64,000 nt of DNA from an uncultured Pseudomonadales bacterium. GTDB lineage: Bacteria; Pseudomonadota; Gammaproteobacteria; Pseudomonadales; JAUIET01. The position numbers and the translations under genes were made by a program. The stretch's first letter is position 1. Each line of letters begins with the position of its first letter. This document shows positions 59,777 through 64,000 of the stretch, piece by piece. The stretch is taken from assembly GCA_964352475.1 (NCBI GenBank), contig CAYGSL010000002.1, positions 41,384 through 105,383 of the forward strand, read 5' to 3'. The notes beneath the pieces were generated by a model. The model was given only the letters and a program-made list of their open reading frames with translations. It ran no database searches and was not told the DNA's origin.

Positions 59777-60718
59777 ATGCTGCTTCGCCACGGTGTATTT
59801 CTGCTTGCGTTCATTGCGTTTCTGTCAGGGCCAGTGTATTCAGAAAACAATGGCAATGAAGCAATCAAAGCGGGCAGTGAATTGCTGCTTGAAGCCGATT
59901 CACTGGAGCAGCAAGCACGCAGCTTGATTCAACAAGGCAGCCAACGCCGAAAAAACATCAAGCAACAGCGCCAATCTGTCTTGCAGCTGCCGCAAGGCGA
60001 GCAGAGAGTCGCTGAGGAAAAACGTTTGCAACAGGCCATTACAGAAAGCCTGAACGCACAGCGCAACGGCGCTAATCTACGTAAACAGGCGGCGGCCTTG
60101 CGCGAGCAAGCATTGGACAAATTTGCTTTGGGATTGGGCCAGAAATGGCCACTATGGGCCGCAAAACGTCAGTCAATTCAATTAAGCGATGGGTTCAGTG
60201 ATGTGCCACAGCTGGGTGGGCACAATGTGAAAACGCGCAGTGTGCATCCGAGTAAAAAAGACCTCGCTGGCAACCCGGAAATACAACAAAGCAATGATAT
60301 GTCACTTGCGCTGCCAAGATTGTCAGCGCAGCAATTACCACCACAGCTCAATACCGACAGCTTCACTTTCTCACGCGACCGCCGCTTCATTGGGCACATA
60401 GAAGTGCTGCAGGATTCTGTGCGCAATGAAGATGGCCGAATCGAGATTAATGAATTGCATCAGTGGGTACTGGTACTTAGCAAGCTTAACGGTGAACCGG
60501 TGCAGGGTGCGGCTATAGAGTTTACCGGTCATATGCCAGGCCATGTGCACGGCCTGCCAACGCAACCTGTTATAAGCCGTGAACTGGCACCCGGTATCTA
60601 TGAAATATCAGGCGTTAAATTTCAGATGCGTGGCTGGTGGGTGATCGAACTTAAAGTGGCTGCAAGCGAGGATTCAACTGAGCAGCGCGATAGTCTGCGC
60701 TTTAATTTGCACTTATGA
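59777..60718 (+). CDS. secreted hypothetical protein: Gln/Arg-rich helical N-terminal half plus C-terminal beta-rich domain with HMPGHVHG motif (FixH/YtkA-like?)
   Basis: 313 aa, signal peptide (LLAFIAFLSGPVYS). The C-terminal ~100 aa, WVLVLSKLNGEPVQGAAIEFTGHMPGHVHGLPT...YEISGVKFQMRGWWVIELKV, resemble YtkA/FixH-type Ig-like domains. 4-bp overlap with the next gene. Confidence 0.7.
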   Translation: MLLRHGVFLLAFIAFLSGPVYSENNGNEAIKAGSELLLEADSLEQQARSLIQQGSQRRKNIKQQRQSVLQLPQGEQRVAEEKRLQQAITESLNAQRNGANLRKQAAALREQALDKFALGLGQKWPLWAAKRQSIQLSDGFSDVPQLGGHNVKTRSVHPSKKDLAGNPEIQQSNDMSLALPRLSAQQLPPQLNTDSFTFSRDRRFIGHIEVLQDSVRNEDGRIEINELHQWVLVLSKLNGEPVQGAAIEFTGHMPGHVHGLPTQPVISRELAPGIYEISGVKFQMRGWWVIELKVAASEDSTEQRDSLRFNLHL

Positions 60719-61911
60719 GCCGCAAAGTTATCGCCGCATTGTTATTCACCTGCGTGCTCAGTGCGTGCGGTAAACCATTGCCGCCTTATGAGCACGGTCT
60801 CACAGACAGAGACATCGCTTTTTTGCAGACTTTCTCCTTGAACAAACTACCCCCGCTGCCCGCTGCTGAAGACAATCAATACGCAGACAATGAACAAGCG
60901 GCGTTACTGGGTAAGCAATTATTTTTTGACCCGCGCTTAAGCGCGAACGGTGTGGTAGCTTGCGCCAGTTGCCACCAACCGGAACGTTATTTTACTGATG
61001 GCCTGGCGCGCGGCAAAGGCATAGCCACCACCCACCGCAATACGATGTCACTGTTAGCTTCTGCCAGGGGGCCATGGAAGTATTGGGACGGTCGTAAAGA
61101 CAGTTTGTGGGCGCAAGCTATCGAGCCTCTTGAGCATCCTGATGAGCACGGGTTCAGTCGACTAAAGCTTAAAGCATTGATCAGTGAACATTATTCCAAG
61201 CCCTACGCTGCGGTGTTCGGACCTGTTTCAAACGCAAGCGCTGATGCAACTCGGCTTATGGTCAATGTGGGCAAAGCATTGATGGCCTACCAGCGGCGGC
61301 TAAGCTTGCAGCCCAGTAAGTTTGATCAAATGGTAACAGCACTTGGGCAAGATGAAGTGCCGTCAATGGAAGCCAGGCTTTCAAACAGCGAACTGAACGG
61401 AATGCGTTTGTTTATGGGTAAAGCGGCCTGTGCAAGCTGTCACAATGGCCCACTGTTTACTAATTTCGAATTTCATAATATTGGTGCACCGGAGGCCGAT
61501 GTCAGCAAGGTTGATCTGGGTCGCTACACTGGCATAGAGAAGCTTCGCAATGATGAATTTAATTGCCTGTCGCAGTGGAGCGACGCAGCAGCGGAAAGCT
61601 GTCAGGAGCTCAAGTATCTGAAAACCCTGGGCCCTGAACTGGTTGGCGCGTTCAAAACGCCGTCATTGCGAAATGTGGCTGAAACCGCGCCATACATGCA
61701 TGCCGGGCAAATCGATTCTCTTGAAGAGGTTATTGAGCATTACAGCGCGCCGAAACCGCCGTTTTATGACCGGGCTCAGCATCCCAGCAGGCCACACTTT
61801 GACATTCTCCCGCTGGGCCTGAATGCACAAGAAAAATCCGAGTTGGTCGCATTCCTGAAAACACTGAGCTCGCCTATTCCCGACGATGATCCCTGGTGGT
61901 CGCCAAACTGA
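60715..61911 (+). CDS. di-heme cytochrome c peroxidase family lipoprotein (MauG/MbnH-like)
   Basis: 398 aa. Lipobox LSAC; heme motifs CASCHQ and CASCHN; conserved FKTPSLRNVAETAPYMHAG. Confidence 0.9.
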   Translation: MSRKVIAALLFTCVLSACGKPLPPYEHGLTDRDIAFLQTFSLNKLPPLPAAEDNQYADNEQAALLGKQLFFDPRLSANGVVACASCHQPERYFTDGLARGKGIATTHRNTMSLLASARGPWKYWDGRKDSLWAQAIEPLEHPDEHGFSRLKLKALISEHYSKPYAAVFGPVSNASADATRLMVNVGKALMAYQRRLSLQPSKFDQMVTALGQDEVPSMEARLSNSELNGMRLFMGKAACASCHNGPLFTNFEFHNIGAPEADVSKVDLGRYTGIEKLRNDEFNCLSQWSDAAAESCQELKYLKTLGPELVGAFKTPSLRNVAETAPYMHAGQIDSLEEVIEHYSAPKPPFYDRAQHPSRPHFDILPLGLNAQEKSELVAFLKTLSSPIPDDDPWWSPN

Positions 61912-62082
61912 GATTTATGTTTCTCAAGCGAATGGGCAAAATCTTGCCTAATTGTTGACCGATCTCTCATTCTTAAGCTGTACAAATACCCATTTAGCCC
62001 TGACGATTGTAAAAACAGCTAGCCTGAAAGTAGCAGTTCACAGTAAGCGTGCAACTACCTGCCTAAGGCGGAGGACGATACA

Positions 62083-62595
62083 TTGAAGCTTCATTACAAA
62101 TTAATATTGCTCGCATTGGTGGCCATGCTTGCTCTGCCGATGTTTATGGTAAAGCCCAATGGCGAACGCATGATGAGCTGGAGCGATTGGCTACCGGACA
62201 GCAAAGTGCTGGATACAGCGGCGGATAAATTGCGTGCCGTGGCCAACAGCAACCCTGACTTCAGTGACACGCCGAGTTTGAAGGGCAGCAGTAAAATGTA
62301 TTCCTGGAAAGACGAGCGCGGGGTTATGCACTTCTCGGAGCAACCGCCGCCTGAGAACATCGAAAATGCGAAAGTGCGAGACCTGCCAAAAGAAGTGAAT
62401 CTGATGGCGGCGGTAAAGCCACGCGATCGAGATGGGCAATCTGGTTCGGCGTCTGCAAGTGGCGCACAAGGCAAGGGTTTCAATCTGGCGTTTCCTACCA
62501 CCGTACCGGTCAAGGATATTCCGAAATTGGTGGATGATGCCAAGGCCTTGCAAGACCTGGCCGACAAGCGTACAGCAGCCCTGAAAGAACTCTAG
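62083..62595 (+). CDS. DUF4124 domain protein
   Basis: 170 aa. TTG start after GGAGG; signal peptide. YSWKDERGVMHFSEQPP matches the DUF4124 signature. Confidence 0.75.
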   Translation: MKLHYKLILLALVAMLALPMFMVKPNGERMMSWSDWLPDSKVLDTAADKLRAVANSNPDFSDTPSLKGSSKMYSWKDERGVMHFSEQPPPENIENAKVRDLPKEVNLMAAVKPRDRDGQSGSASASGAQGKGFNLAFPTTVPVKDIPKLVDDAKALQDLADKRTAALKEL

Positions 62596-62711
62596 TCACT
62601 CGCTATTCGGAACTCGCAAAACAGTAACAGATAAGCCGCCTTTTTAACGCGTATCGCTGCAATGCTGCGTGTTACACTCGCGCGCTTACTTTTTTCATTT
62701 CCGAGAACACT

Positions 62712-63476
62712 ATGAATTTTAATTTTGGCCTCGTCCTCCGCCAGGGTCTACTGGTGCTGCTGGGCACCGTATTTCTTTCTGCTTGCCAGAAGCCCGCCGA
62801 CACTGAAACCACCCTGAGTGCTGATGCTACCGATGCAGCTGGCCCAAGTCTTGATACCGACAAAGACAAGCTCAGTTATGCACTGGGCTTGAGTTTGGGT
62901 ACACAAATGAATGCAGACAGCATGGATATCGCGCTGGATAATTTTGCGGCCGGCTTTGGCCACGGTATGGGTGAAGGCGAAGCCCTGATGACCACTACCG
63001 AAGTGCAGCAACGCTTGCAGGCGTTTTCTCAACAACGCCGTGATGAACAGCAGGCCAAAATGGAAAAAGCAGCCGATGATAATCGCCAGGCGGGCGAAAC
63101 TTGGCTGGCTAACAACGCAAAGAAAGACGGTGTTGTAACAACAGATTCCGGCCTGCAGTACAAAGTATTGACGGCAGGTGATGGTAAGAAGCCCAGCGAA
63201 ACCGATACGGTGTCTGTGCATTATCGTGGCACATTGTTAGACGGCACAGAATTTGACAGTTCTTATGCTCGAGGTGAGCCGGCAGAATTTCCGGTCAACC
63301 GAGTGATTGCCGGTTGGACCGAAGCATTACAGCTAATGCCAGTAGGGTCCAAGTGGGAGCTGTATATCCCGTCTGATATGGCCTATGGCCCGGCTGGAAC
63401 AGGTCGCGAGATTGGCCCTAATCAAACGCTTATGTTTGAAGTAGAGCTGCTGGACATCAAAACAGCAGCAGAGTAG
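62712..63476 (+). CDS. FKBP-type peptidyl-prolyl isomerase lipoprotein (FkpA/Mip-like)
   Basis: 254 aa. Lipobox LSAC, N-terminal dimerisation helices, FKBP core VHYRGTLLDGTEFDSS...GWTEAL...PSDMAYG. Confidence 0.92.
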   Translation: MNFNFGLVLRQGLLVLLGTVFLSACQKPADTETTLSADATDAAGPSLDTDKDKLSYALGLSLGTQMNADSMDIALDNFAAGFGHGMGEGEALMTTTEVQQRLQAFSQQRRDEQQAKMEKAADDNRQAGETWLANNAKKDGVVTTDSGLQYKVLTAGDGKKPSETDTVSVHYRGTLLDGTEFDSSYARGEPAEFPVNRVIAGWTEALQLMPVGSKWELYIPSDMAYGPAGTGREIGPNQTLMFEVELLDIKTAAE

Positions 63477-63491
63477 TTAAAGCGGTGGTGC

Positions 63492-64000
63492 TTACTTTAA
63501 GCGATGCAGAAAGCCGTTTGACGAGACTGCCCAGTAAGCGCCACCACCTTTTTCAAAACCCAGAGCTAACACGGCAGCGCTGTTAGGCTTCCAGGCGTCA
63601 CGCTTGGGGATTGTCCACGAGCGTATGCTGCGAAGTCGACTGGTACTCCATAGTTGCACCACTCTGTCTGATGTGCCTGTCAACAGCTCACTGCCATCGC
63701 TGGAAAATCGCGCTGATTGAAAAGTCAGCCCGCGCTGCAGCGCGAAAGAGCGCATAGGTAATTCACCAATCAACTCACCGTCTGCTGTGCGCCATAGCAT
63801 TGCGGTGTCGTATTTGCTGACGCTAAAAGCAATCTCACCGTCCGGAGACAATTCAACCAAACGCACTTCATCATTGTGATCAATTTTGTGCAGCTGCTCG
63901 CCAGTCTCTGTATCCCAAAGTCTAGCGGTATGATCTTCTGAGCCGGTTAATGCATAGCGCCCGTCCGCACTTAAAGACACACTGCGCACGCGATTGTCAT
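63492..64000 (-). CDS. WD40-repeat protein, N-terminal part beyond the window end
   Basis: ORF 63492..63989. The frame stays open to 64000 (..DNRVRSVSLSADG). Repeats show the GSEDHTARLWD and GTSDRVVQLW WD40 signatures. Confidence 0.8.
   Translation of the reverse strand, partial: DNRVRSVSLSADGRYALTGSEDHTARLWDTETGEQLHKIDHNDEVRLVELSPDGEIAFSVSKYDTAMLWRTADGELIGELPMRSFALQRGLTFQSARFSSDGSELLTGTSDRVVQLWSTSRLRSIRSWTIPKRDAWKPNSAAVLALGFEKGGGAYWAVSSNGFLHRLK

Overview
This 64-kb chromosomal segment comes from a gammaproteobacterium, probably marine and roughly mid-50s % GC by eye. Most of it is ordinary core genome, with gene order resembling Pseudomonas/Cellvibrio-type backbones. In order: a partial DinF-like MATE gene; a complete aa3 cytochrome c oxidase and biogenesis cluster (coxB-coxA-ctaG-coxC, DUF2909, SURF1, ctaA, cyoE/ctaB, SCO1); znuA and divergent znuCB; polA, engB, cytochrome c4, dsbA and a GGDEF protein; a HAMP class III nucleotide cyclase with a helical lipoprotein; cytochrome c5, NlpC/P60 and rep; a REC-GGDEF-EAL protein, GNAT and a DUF1501/DUF1800 pair; yifB/comM, ubiK, a TorF-type porin, glnK (no amtB) and a SutA-like protein; HAD, xerC, DUF484, dapF, lysA and lptM; argH, algZ-algR and hemCDXY; HIT, rho and trxA. 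The rest is a less conserved block: a TVP38 protein with a FAD disulfide reductase, a hypothetical protein with GFA and DUF3224, threonine aldolase, MATE, beta carbonic anhydrase, a secreted beta-propeller / His-Met-motif protein / di-heme peroxidase operon, DUF4124, an FKBP PPIase and a partial WD40 gene. I found no rRNA, tRNA, CRISPR array, transposase, phage gene or recognisable defence system. Four items are most worth a second look. (1) A roughly 290-bp cloverleaf of perfect palindromes lies between hemY and the HIT gene; a conserved 52-58 bp module sits at the apex of two unrelated 27-30 bp perfect stems. (2) An uncharacterised extracytoplasmic operon at 58.2-61.9 kb encodes a choice-of-anchor-B/LVIVD-like propeller with a GlyGly-CTERM-like tail, a protein with an HMPGHVHG motif and a MauG/MbnH-like di-heme peroxidase. 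(3) A candidate sigmaE-type promoter and three-hairpin sRNA occupy the polA-engB spacer. (4) A sigma54/NtrC-type porin-glnK unit lacks amtB. All calls come from reading the sequence and ORF translations only; no searches were run.
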